Virus record (IMG/VR): IMGVR_UViG_3300033273_000307
Location: 1-53,202 of that record
Length of the DNA: 53,202 bases
Reading direction: 5' to 3' (one strand)
Source of the DNA: a virus
Taxonomy: Duplodnaviria > Caudoviricetes
This document shows positions 35,901 through 44,466 of the stretch, piece after piece. The translations under genes and the position numbers were made by a program. The notes beneath the pieces are model-generated. The model made no database searches. It was given only the letters and a program-made list of their open reading frames with translations, and was not told the origin of the DNA. How positions within the stretch are numbered: the first letter of the stretch is position 1; the number at the start of each line of letters is the position of its first letter.

Positions 35901-38900
35901 ATTGATCCATTTGCTGGTAGGTCTATGCCTATCACAGCAGTTGGTGCAAACACTATTACTGTAAATGCTGGTGCATCTCAATCAAACCAGTATTTCCAAC
36001 CATCTGCGGTAAACTATAATCCTGCTACAGGAGATATGTTATGCCAAATCGGTCAACATGGTCTTGGAGTTGGACGTAGTGTAGTTCTTTCCGATAACTC
36101 ATTTACATTTACTTGTGATCAAGACGGCAACGCAACCCAGCATACCTATCCACGTCCTGGTTCTGACCCATATGCTGGTCAGTCTATTCCTATTACTGAT
36201 GTTGGATATACAGAGCATACTCCTACTGACGCGCCATATAATGCTGCAACAGGAACGGTAACATTTACAGTTGCTAATCATGGATTTACTAGTGGTGACT
36301 ATGTACAGATTCAAGATGGATCTCTTACATACACTTGTGATCTAGATGGAAATACTGCACAGAAGACATATCCACGTGCTGGTTATGACTATCCATCTGG
36401 ACGTTGGATGCCAATTGTAGTTGTTGACGCAAATACATTCACAATCAATGTAGGATCTTCTCCATATACAGGAGCACACACGTTTGTTAGTGCTTCTGCC
36501 AATGCGATCAGAAGACAAGATGGTTGGATTTCTCTCAATGTTGGTAGTGCAGGAACTGCATCTGGTTCTGTTCACACCTTTGTTTCTGCTACTGCTAATG
36601 CAATTAAGTTTGAACCACAATCTGCACATTCGTTTGTTGGTGCAACTGCTAATGCTGTCAAGCATTTACCACAGTCTGCACATACATTTGTCAGATCTGT
36701 ATCCAACGCATTGAGTGTTGGTGGTTCTGAATTCAAGATTTATCTTGGTTTTACAAGTCAAACACATACCTATGTAAGTGGCGGTACGGTTACTTATGGT
36801 GGAAACTCTTACAACATCACAAACTTTGTTTGGGACAACGTAGTCAGTGGTGCTGCAACAGTCACTCTAGCAGCTCCAATTCCTGGAATTGCAGAAGATG
36901 ACACAGTTCAGATCAACAATATTCTACTGGAATGTGATAATGGTCAGAAACTATATCCAAGTTTCAGCATTCCTGTTGATGATGATCAGTGTCGCCAAGA
37001 CGTTGTTCACTTCTTGAATGCTCTATCCAGAGACCTAGAATTTGGATCTAACTTTAACGTAATCGAAGCTGCTAAGAAGTATATTGTTGGTGCTAAGATT
37101 GGATTTGTAGAAAATGAGATCATTCAAACAGTTCGTGCGATTGAGTATGCTAGAGAACTAGCAACATTCGCAATGTGTAACTGGAGAACTGGTAACAGAA
37201 CTGCAAGTGATCCTGTCTATACACCTGTATATTCTACTCTACCAAGATATTTCGATGATACTGTTATCACAACAACAGCAGGAACACCTGCTTGTGCTAA
37301 CGTAGCATCTGCTATTGATACTTTAGCATATCTTTGGGTAGATGTTATTTCAAATAATGCTTCTGGAACATATCTAGATGCAGCATATTTGATTGCTCGT
37401 AACAAGGATCTCATTGCTGATCAGGCATATCTCGATACTCTTGTTCAGTATCCAGCACTAGGACTTAATAATGTAGATGAAAGAAAGTGCAGAAGAGATA
37501 TTGGATTCATCCTCAAGGGTCTTGTAAGAGACTTGTGCTTAGGCGGTAACTCTGGAACTGTAACTAATGCAGAGTTTTACTACACTGGAGCACAACTAAC
37601 AGGTATTGATTCTGCATACTTACCACAAACTCTGTATGCATATCAGCAAGTAAGAGATTACGCTATTGCTGCTATGCGTAATTGGACTGATGGTAATGTA
37701 ATTAGCACCACACCAACAAATGCTACATACAACTCAACAACTGGCGATCTAACCCTAACAATTCCAAGACCAGCAACAGATCTTGGAGGATTGGCAGTTG
37801 CTGGAAATGATAGGGTTTCTTTTGCTGAAGGAGCACTAACTTTCAACTGCGCTTCAAATGGTGGTGGAGACTTAGCAAGCCCAGGGAAATTAGATGCAAA
37901 TTATGGAAAAAGTTTCCCAATTATCTCTGTTGCAAACCTAAGTCTAACTGTAACTGAAATTACATGCAATGTTGGTGATGCTGGATCTGCTGCTGGTGTA
38001 GCACATACATTTGTATCTGCTCTGGCAAATGGAACAAGATTAATTTATTCTCCAGTAGAAACAACTTCAGATATTCCAAAATTTGAAGATTGGAATATCG
38101 GTCTATATCCAACAACACCTCTTTGTGCAAACGTTGCGTCTACAATCACAACACTATTCGCTTTACTAGAAGATATTCTAGACGGTACAGTTGCTCCTGG
38201 TGCTACGACTAAGAATACAGGAACTCTGTATGATACTTCACAAATTCTAACCTATCCTGACAGTTATGTCTACGATCAGGATGGTGTCAGAATGGCAGTT
38301 CGTGGTGACTTTGATGACTTCCCAATCATTGAGGCATCACCATACACCCAGAACTCTTCTGTTATCTCCTTCCTAGGTGGTGGCGGTGCTCTGATTGACG
38401 GTTCTAAGGTCAAGCAACCTAACTGTCCTTTCCCTGGTCTAGAACTAGATGGTTCTGCATCTTTCCCCAATCAGGGTAAGTCGATGGTTGCTTCGGCATT
38501 TACGATCGTCTCCTTTGGTGGTACAGGTTATAAGGTTATCAACGATGGTTACACCCAGTTGGTTTCGGTCTTCGTTATCTTCTGTTCTGATGGTGTCCTT
38601 TGTGAGTCTGGTGGTTACGCATCTATCACCAACTCTGCTACCAACTTCGGACAGTATGCACTAAGAGGTACAGGATATAGAAAAGATCCATATGTCTTTG
38701 ACATTGCAACAATCACCAATGTATCCGCAACCCCAACTGGCAGAACTATCCTGACAGTTAGTGGACTTGGAAGAGAACCTCTAGAGCACTATGTCGTCAA
38801 GATTGACGGTGTTACAAACACCAACCCTGAAATTGAATACTTTGTCGATGCTGTTGGTTCGGTAACTGTTGGTCCTCCTTTCTCTGCACAGTTGACCATC

Positions 38901-41900
38901 GATGATGGAACTGGTCAGGCAATGGATCTAACCAGTATTGCTACTGGAAACCCAGTCTCTGTAGGAACACTAACTGGTTCTACAATTAATCTCCATAGAC
39001 CATCTATCGTCAACTCTTCTTCCCACACTTGGGAATTTGCGGGTTCTGGTACTAACTATCTTGCTCTACCTGAAAACGGCGGTACTAAGGTTGAAGCATA
39101 TGAACAAGTCTCTGAGAACTACGGTCGTGTTTATGTTTCTGGTACTGACGAACTTGGTGACTTCAAGGTTGGTACATTTGCTCAGATTGAGAACAGAACT
39201 GGTAACATTACCTTCACAGGTACTGTTACGATCTCTGAAGTTGAGTTCCTCAAACTGAAAGGTGGCGACGTTGTTGTTACTGGTTTCGATGCATCTAACA
39301 CTCTTGGTGGTGCTAACGCAACTGACTCTAAACTACCTACTCAGAAGGCAGTTAGAGACTACATCACCAACAACCTTGGTCCATACATCAACAAACCATA
39401 CTCCACAAACGCTGTTCCTAGAGCACTGGTTGAACTAACCGACTCTGGTAAGATCTCGATTGACCAGATCCCAGCACTCAGACCATTCAGTGTCTACACT
39501 GTTCCCGATCAAAATGCAAGACTTTCTATCGAAGGCGCACTTGCTGGTGACATCGCAATCCAACAGGATACATCCACATCGTTCATTCTGAACAATGATA
39601 ACTCCAGTCTGTTCGTTGCATTCCCCGTAGATCCCACACTGCAGTTTACTATCAATGATATCTTCACTGGTAGTATCTCTGGCGGTAGAATTCAGGCAAC
39701 CGAATACAGAACTGGTGTAGTCTACCAGATTAATATCACTGATGGTGGTTCTGGATACACTTCCCCACCAACGGTTACAATCTCTGGCGGTAACCCTGGA
39801 CTAGGTGCAATTCCTGCACAAGCAGAATGTACCATTGCTAACGGTGAGGTTGTTACCGTTACAATTATTGAGTTCCAGAGTCTCAAGGGCGGTAAAGGAT
39901 ATACAACTCAACCAACTGTTACGTTTGCTGCTCCAACTGGTGCAGGTACACAAGCACAAGGTGATGCATTCATTGAAAGCAGACTGTACGGTAACATTGT
40001 TAATAACGTCAAGATCACTGATACTGACAATATTGACTCTAGTGATGTTCCTCCAGTTGCTGTCAACATTAGCAGAGTTGTCAACACTTCTTCTAGCAAC
40101 TCTAACAACTGGGTATCTCTATCCTCCAACCAGATCGCTGCTTCTGATATCACCTCTGGTGTTCTTGAGACAGATAGATTAGCAACTGGTGGTGCTGCAA
40201 ACTCCTTCACATTCCTACGTGGCGACCAGAACTTCGCACTTGCGGTTCAGTCAGTCAAGGGTTCTGAGACAAGATACTTTGCTCAACTTTACTCTAACGT
40301 AAATGCTGGATCCAGTTCTCTAATCTTTACAACCAACTCGGATGTATTGATTGGACATGAAGTTCTAAACAATGTTTCTGGTATCCAATCCAATACCAAT
40401 ATTACAGGTGTTATTACTGCTGCTGGTCTGACGACAGTTTCGATTAACAACCCAGTAACCGCTACAATCCCTGCAGGAACCATCATCGAGTTTGAGCGTG
40501 GTGGATCTCCAATGATCTTCGAGTCCAGCTACACTCAAGGTGGATTCATCGATGACGTTATCATTTCTGCTGGTGGTAGTGGATTCACCAATGGTCAATA
40601 CTTTGACGTTGGACTGACTGGTGGAACTGGTACTGGACTACGTTGTAACATGATTGTTGCAAACAATACAGTCACTGAGATCATTGTTACTGACGGTGGT
40701 ACTGGATACAACGCTGACTTCTCAATCACAAATCCACCACCAGAAATTGGTGGAGGATCTGGTCTGGTTCTAGAAGCAAAACTAAGTACAGTCAACAGAC
40801 AGTATGCAAACGTTTCTATTGACGTTCAGAGAGTTACAGATCTAACGATCTCCTCTGACTTGTATGGAACGATTGGTGTTTCAAGATTTAAGAAGTCTCA
40901 GTTCACCATCGGTCAATCTGGAAATGGTTCTGTCGAACTAAAAGTCGGTCCTGACTCTGGTCTTGACGCTGACCTTCTCGACGGCGCACAAGGTTCCTTC
41001 TACCTAAACTCTAGCAACCAGAACGCTGGTACGCTACCAACAGATAGACTGTCTGGTACTTACAACATTGACATCTCTGGTTCTTCTGGTAACACACTCA
41101 GAGTTCTAACTGGTACTAACAACCCAACATCCAACCCAACTCCAAACTTCTTCCAAGAAGGTATTGTTGCTAACACTGTAAACAACTCTTCTAACCAGTT
41201 GCTAGACGGTGGTAACAAGCACCTCGTCATGACTATCAGACAGTTTGGTAGCAACTTCGACGCATCTGGTGGTGGTGTAAGACAACTTGCATTTACCGAC
41301 AATGACAACATGTGGTTGCGTGGATCTGGAACTGGTGTTACCAGCTTCGGTTCCTGGGCAAAGATCTGGTCCTCTCTAAATGACGGTGTTGGATCTGGTC
41401 TAAACGCAGACAGACTAGATGATAAGCAAGGAACATGGTATCAGAATGCTCTGAACATTAATGATGGAACACTCTCTGATAATAGACTTCCAAGATTCAT
41501 TAGTCCAACAGCATTCAGAGATACTGTTACCCTCAAGTCTTTCAATGGTGATCCTAAGTATCGAATCTATGTAAGTGGCAGAACTCTAACAACTTCTCCA
41601 TTCACCCCTGGTAACAACGTCAACCTGTACAACGCAAATGGTCAAGGTACAGGTCAGATCGCAATTGACAATATCATCGTCAATGATGATCTCGCTGACA
41701 ACTTCAATGACTACACCATCATCATTGGTAGACTAACAACTGGTAACTTCATTGGTGCAATCAACATTGGTAGCACTGCGATCAACGTACCATTCCAAGA
41801 ATTCACTATTGAGGATGACAACACAGTAGAAGTTGCTAAGTGGGAAAGTGACGGCGGCACAGCAAACCTAAGACTAGGTAGAAAGGACGGAGTTCAATCT

Positions 41901-43316
41901 TCTCCTGGTCTATACTTCAACTCCTCTGCTCAGGCAGCAAACTACAACTCAGCAATTATCGCTTCTGGTGGTAATGCATCTGACGGATCTGGTACTCTCA
42001 ACGTACAGGTTATCAATGCTGATGGTTTCTCTGTCAATGGTAGTAAGGTTTGGAACGAAGGTAATATCGAATTCCAATCTGCAAACATTGGAAACACCGC
42101 AGTCAAGCGTGATGCTTCTGGTAACTTCTCTGCTGGAACGATTACGGCATCTATCACTGGTGCTGCTTCACTGAACGTTCTAAAGGCAGGCGATACCATG
42201 ACTGGTTCGCTGACTTTAACTGGTGCTGCATCTAACTTCCAAGTACAAGGTACAGGTACATTCCTGAGCACCGTTTCGATCACAAATGATCTTGCAGTTG
42301 ATACTGACACATTATTCGTTGATGTATCCACCGATCGTGTTGGTATCAATGCTGGTGCGAACCCAGCTGCTCCTCTAGAGGTTAGAGGTGACGGCGGTAT
42401 CATGGTCCGCAGTATTACCACGTCTCCTTCTACTGGTGCAAGAATTAGATTTAGTGATGCATCTGGAAGCAGTTATGATCAGACAGGTACTATCAGATAT
42501 AACCATGCTGACAGTCAATCACCTAATAGTAATTATGGTGAAAGTTTCACTATGGAAGGTACAGAGACAGAACTGGCATTCCGTGTTGTTGGTGACATTA
42601 TTGCATCCAGATATATTGGTATTGGTATCAACCGTCAACCAAATTACACTCTCGAAGTTGCTGGTGATGCTTTGTTCACCACTGGCGTTACTATTGATAG
42701 TGCTAATGATAACTCTGGCGCTCCACTATACTTCCTAGGTTCCTCTTCTGCAAGAAACTTCAGAGTTGGTAACCAAATTGGATTCAATGATTGTTTTGAA
42801 ATTACCGCATCTACCAACAATGGCGGTACTTCCTGGAATGGAACACCTGCTCTCTTGATTGATGGTTCTGAGAACGCAATTGCAGTCAACACTTCTGCAT
42901 TCTCTGGTGTTGATCCTTCCAACAACCAGACCAGAAACTACAAGTTGAATGTTCAGGGAGACATGAACATCAACGGTCAGTTGTTCCAGAACAACTCTGA
43001 ATTCGTTACTTCCAGATGGACCGAAGCATCCAACCAAGCAGATATCTATAGACTGTCTAAAGTTGGTATTAATAGAGTTGATCCTACATATGAATTACAC
43101 ATTTCTGGTGATACTAACATTGAAAACGGTGCTCTGTATGCTAACGGTGTCAGACAATGGATTGACTCCTACGGTATCTTCAAGTCCAACAGTAATACTG
43201 TTGCTGAAAATATCACAATCCCCGCAAATATCAACTGTGTAAGTGCAGGACCTATCACTATTGCAAACGGTTACACTGTAACTATAAATAGTGGTGGTAA
43301 CTGGGCTATTGTATAA
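32991..43316 (+). CDS. Giant tail fibre / virion structural protein (3441 aa)
   Basis: IATTEYV, GSGLDADLLDG, VLKAGDTMTG, RVGIN fibre motifs; split beta-helix; YDPATG repeats; phycobiliprotein-like segments. Confidence 0.87.
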   Translation: MSFNINSDKETFRGSKPAFIGDNELTIRGGVGADEKEILRTQLDADTSLPRVGINRTGQRVNTVTVTDGGSGYTVVPSVTIDPPSTPGGVQALASAFIFNGRVINVAVNNPGSGYTTAPNAVITGGGGGAGATATVQLDTVDFELDINGAIRTSTSIISDTARILNLDIDNFITPDLQLRGPNFKTYVNNTGTPWADNVIIQKDSYRYFGANVYQALNTGQTGSDAPEHVDGVELNGEVNFKHIGFRVIDEEAFGYNTTGEAGVFPRSITPLLGDRSDKIATTEYVLNLATNDVGGRIYVSQQIGSDENDGRSAVSPVRTIKKAAQLAWATPGVKETLIVSGGDYVEDNPISLPPDCSVVGDNLRLVIIRPANPKKHIFKFGDKNYVIGVTYRDQVDAFGDSVATWDFAMVFDDKQRVIVDYDTNGDFGTNFPIGHQIFGPDQFRLAFQDNTGLSQLQTGLEIVGINSGARAEVIDVSFTTTIGASAYLTGTIDVTLKSGSFIQGESFRYLISGSDGGSLLQSSSEIYASNTLKFSSNPESVSFTGGVYVAIDDVPNTFFTGTQFYEIIEVNDNEDVENSIPATEWYVSFSPILGAPTFDTIGPCNFTINDANIIEEEIDTTDLTSIRAEGEVVSVDENITATLPIVKIDFSLQGDPSIAQDGVHSAQFGNAEDLGGVIFYTSELVGRTNFHDFKEGQEIEISGLPTAGPDLSALNGKQRIYKVIEDADGRCRRFVIPKKFPAIADANFQPGSSAVVKSYSKSITLSLLNSPNKFPLSSPVDRRYQDAVTFIRNNRDFIADEVVGKINDQFKKEYYSVYDIGGAVDSSYTPTNVTYDPATGDAVFTVASHGLSVGDGIKIADESITFTCTMDGNKTEHALPESDQYASGKALPITAADTNTFTVNVGASGADQQWTPSGAAYDPATGNLVLTIGTHTLSVGEGIVIDDNSLSFTCDMDGNQSVKTYPRPGIDPFAGRSMPITAVGANTITVNAGASQSNQYFQPSAVNYNPATGDMLCQIGQHGLGVGRSVVLSDNSFTFTCDQDGNATQHTYPRPGSDPYAGQSIPITDVGYTEHTPTDAPYNAATGTVTFTVANHGFTSGDYVQIQDGSLTYTCDLDGNTAQKTYPRAGYDYPSGRWMPIVVVDANTFTINVGSSPYTGAHTFVSASANAIRRQDGWISLNVGSAGTASGSVHTFVSATANAIKFEPQSAHSFVGATANAVKHLPQSAHTFVRSVSNALSVGGSEFKIYLGFTSQTHTYVSGGTVTYGGNSYNITNFVWDNVVSGAATVTLAAPIPGIAEDDTVQINNILLECDNGQKLYPSFSIPVDDDQCRQDVVHFLNALSRDLEFGSNFNVIEAAKKYIVGAKIGFVENEIIQTVRAIEYARELATFAMCNWRTGNRTASDPVYTPVYSTLPRYFDDTVITTTAGTPACANVASAIDTLAYLWVDVISNNASGTYLDAAYLIARNKDLIADQAYLDTLVQYPALGLNNVDERKCRRDIGFILKGLVRDLCLGGNSGTVTNAEFYYTGAQLTGIDSAYLPQTLYAYQQVRDYAIAAMRNWTDGNVISTTPTNATYNSTTGDLTLTIPRPATDLGGLAVAGNDRVSFAEGALTFNCASNGGGDLASPGKLDANYGKSFPIISVANLSLTVTEITCNVGDAGSAAGVAHTFVSALANGTRLIYSPVETTSDIPKFEDWNIGLYPTTPLCANVASTITTLFALLEDILDGTVAPGATTKNTGTLYDTSQILTYPDSYVYDQDGVRMAVRGDFDDFPIIEASPYTQNSSVISFLGGGGALIDGSKVKQPNCPFPGLELDGSASFPNQGKSMVASAFTIVSFGGTGYKVINDGYTQLVSVFVIFCSDGVLCESGGYASITNSATNFGQYALRGTGYRKDPYVFDIATITNVSATPTGRTILTVSGLGREPLEHYVVKIDGVTNTNPEIEYFVDAVGSVTVGPPFSAQLTIDDGTGQAMDLTSIATGNPVSVGTLTGSTINLHRPSIVNSSSHTWEFAGSGTNYLALPENGGTKVEAYEQVSENYGRVYVSGTDELGDFKVGTFAQIENRTGNITFTGTVTISEVEFLKLKGGDVVVTGFDASNTLGGANATDSKLPTQKAVRDYITNNLGPYINKPYSTNAVPRALVELTDSGKISIDQIPALRPFSVYTVPDQNARLSIEGALAGDIAIQQDTSTSFILNNDNSSLFVAFPVDPTLQFTINDIFTGSISGGRIQATEYRTGVVYQINITDGGSGYTSPPTVTISGGNPGLGAIPAQAECTIANGEVVTVTIIEFQSLKGGKGYTTQPTVTFAAPTGAGTQAQGDAFIESRLYGNIVNNVKITDTDNIDSSDVPPVAVNISRVVNTSSSNSNNWVSLSSNQIAASDITSGVLETDRLATGGAANSFTFLRGDQNFALAVQSVKGSETRYFAQLYSNVNAGSSSLIFTTNSDVLIGHEVLNNVSGIQSNTNITGVITAAGLTTVSINNPVTATIPAGTIIEFERGGSPMIFESSYTQGGFIDDVIISAGGSGFTNGQYFDVGLTGGTGTGLRCNMIVANNTVTEIIVTDGGTGYNADFSITNPPPEIGGGSGLVLEAKLSTVNRQYANVSIDVQRVTDLTISSDLYGTIGVSRFKKSQFTIGQSGNGSVELKVGPDSGLDADLLDGAQGSFYLNSSNQNAGTLPTDRLSGTYNIDISGSSGNTLRVLTGTNNPTSNPTPNFFQEGIVANTVNNSSNQLLDGGNKHLVMTIRQFGSNFDASGGGVRQLAFTDNDNMWLRGSGTGVTSFGSWAKIWSSLNDGVGSGLNADRLDDKQGTWYQNALNINDGTLSDNRLPRFISPTAFRDTVTLKSFNGDPKYRIYVSGRTLTTSPFTPGNNVNLYNANGQGTGQIAIDNIIVNDDLADNFNDYTIIIGRLTTGNFIGAINIGSTAINVPFQEFTIEDDNTVEVAKWESDGGTANLRLGRKDGVQSSPGLYFNSSAQAANYNSAIIASGGNASDGSGTLNVQVINADGFSVNGSKVWNEGNIEFQSANIGNTAVKRDASGNFSAGTITASITGAASLNVLKAGDTMTGSLTLTGAASNFQVQGTGTFLSTVSITNDLAVDTDTLFVDVSTDRVGINAGANPAAPLEVRGDGGIMVRSITTSPSTGARIRFSDASGSSYDQTGTIRYNHADSQSPNSNYGESFTMEGTETELAFRVVGDIIASRYIGIGINRQPNYTLEVAGDALFTTGVTIDSANDNSGAPLYFLGSSSARNFRVGNQIGFNDCFEITASTNNGGTSWNGTPALLIDGSENAIAVNTSAFSGVDPSNNQTRNYKLNVQGDMNINGQLFQNNSEFVTSRWTEASNQADIYRLSKVGINRVDPTYELHISGDTNIENGALYANGVRQWIDSYGIFKSNSNTVAENITIPANINCVSAGPITIANGYTVTINSGGNWAIV
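35478..36720 (+). repeat. Four degenerate ~85-aa coding repeats (TPxxxxY[DN]PATG...FTCxxDGN...YPRPG) plus four HxFV closing motifs
   Basis: Visible in the translation of ORF 32991. Confidence 0.85.
43283..43290 (+). promoter_or_regulatory. T4 late promoter inside the fibre gene 3' end
   Basis: TATAAATA about 30 nt upstream of ATG 43322. Confidence 0.7.
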
Positions 43317-43321
43317 AGATT

Positions 43322-44077
43322 ATGGCTGGTATTCTAAAGGTTGACCAGATCCAAAACACCGCTGGTGTTAATATTATGGATCTGCAGAATGATGAAATCA
43401 GAGTATGGAATGGCAGTGGATACTCTCCTATGACCACTCCTGGTGCTTTGATTGGTATTCAAGTGTACACATCTCAAGATGGAACTTGGAATAGCAAATC
43501 AACAGGTGGCGGATCTGGAACATGGACAAAACCTGCAGGTTGTACCCACGTTCTAGTGTACGTAACTGGAGGTGGTGGCGGTGCAAGAGTAAACGATAAT
43601 AGTTATCGTGGTGCTGGTGGTGGTGGCGGTGCCACTGCAATTAAATATATCGATGTTTCTAACGTTGGTAGCGTCTCATACCAATATGGTGGTGGTGGCG
43701 GATACGCCAGAAATGGTGGTCGTGGGGGATCTGGAGGAACTAGTTCTTTTGGTTCTTACTGCACTGCGGGTGGAGGACAAGGCGGTCAAACGGATGTTCC
43801 CCACCAAGGTGGTCCTGGCGGAGATGCTAGTGGTGGAGACATAAACATCCCTGGTGGCGGTGGAGAAATGGCACACGGTGCCGATAGAGAAGGTGGCGGT
43901 GGATCAAGTTACTGGCATAAAGCTGGATCTTCTCACCACTACTACAACAACCAAGAAGAAGTTACTCACGGTCAGTGGGGATCTGGTGGTGCATATGGAT
44001 ACTATTCACAGAATGGTTTTGCACACAACAATGGCAACGGCGGTGCTGGTTGCGTTATCGTATGGGAGTATACTTGA
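43322..44077 (+). CDS. Glycine-rich tail-fibre-associated protein / putative adhesin (251 aa)
   Basis: MAGILKVDQIQ start; SGTWTKPAG...VYVTGGGGG...GGAGCVIVWEY glycine-rich domain pattern. Confidence 0.82.
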   Translation: MAGILKVDQIQNTAGVNIMDLQNDEIRVWNGSGYSPMTTPGALIGIQVYTSQDGTWNSKSTGGGSGTWTKPAGCTHVLVYVTGGGGGARVNDNSYRGAGGGGGATAIKYIDVSNVGSVSYQYGGGGGYARNGGRGGSGGTSSFGSYCTAGGGQGGQTDVPHQGGPGGDASGGDINIPGGGGEMAHGADREGGGGSSYWHKAGSSHHYYNNQEEVTHGQWGSGGAYGYYSQNGFAHNNGNGGAGCVIVWEYT

Positions 44078-44078
44078 T

Positions 44079-44435
44079 ATGTATCAATCATTAGTAAATA
44101 AAAACACAGGTCGCATCATCGAAATGAAGAAAGGCGGCACTGATGTAAGATTTGAAGTTCATGAAGGTTTCTTTTGGGTCGAAGGTCCATATGAACTAGA
44201 ACCAAAAACTACAGAAGCAGACTACTTCTATAATTTTCAAGATAGAAGTATTGACAGAGTGCAATACAAAGAACCTTCATATGATCTTAGTAGAAGAATG
44301 GAATATCCAGAACTATCAGATCAATTAGATATGTTGTTTCATGATATGGAATCTGGTCTTATACCAGGAAAAGATACTTCCACTTGGTATGTTGCTGTGA
44401 AATCTGTCAAAGAAAATCATCCCAAACCAGAATAG
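44079..44435 (+). CDS. Putative tail fibre assembly chaperone (118 aa)
   Basis: Start re-called at ATG 44079 (MYQSLV); RRMEYPELSDQLDMLFHD...W...VKENHPKP motif typical of small fibre-adjacent proteins. Confidence 0.75.
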   Translation: MYQSLVNKNTGRIIEMKKGGTDVRFEVHEGFFWVEGPYELEPKTTEADYFYNFQDRSIDRVQYKEPSYDLSRRMEYPELSDQLDMLFHDMESGLIPGKDTSTWYVAVKSVKENHPKPE

Positions 44436-44438
44436 TCA

Positions 44439-44445
44439 CTAAATA
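44439..44445 (+). promoter_or_regulatory. T4-like late promoter
   Basis: CTAAATA upstream of ORF 44467; heads the tightly coupled run of genes to 52102. Confidence 0.6.
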
Positions 44446-44466
44446 AATCAGGATAGGAATACACCC

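Noticed and set aside
4588-43876. Dozens of 60-170 aa minus-strand and alternate-frame ORFs inside the large structural genes
   Set aside because: Expected by-products of codon bias in long genes; no start signals or motifs
43854-44078. N-terminal extension of ORF 43854-44435, including a poly-Thr run
   Set aside because: It is an alternate frame of the Gly-rich gene; the ATG at 44079 right after its stop is the likelier start. The same logic was applied to track starts 525, 45705, 46435, 47306, 49202, 49795, 50364, 50905, 51545 and 52339
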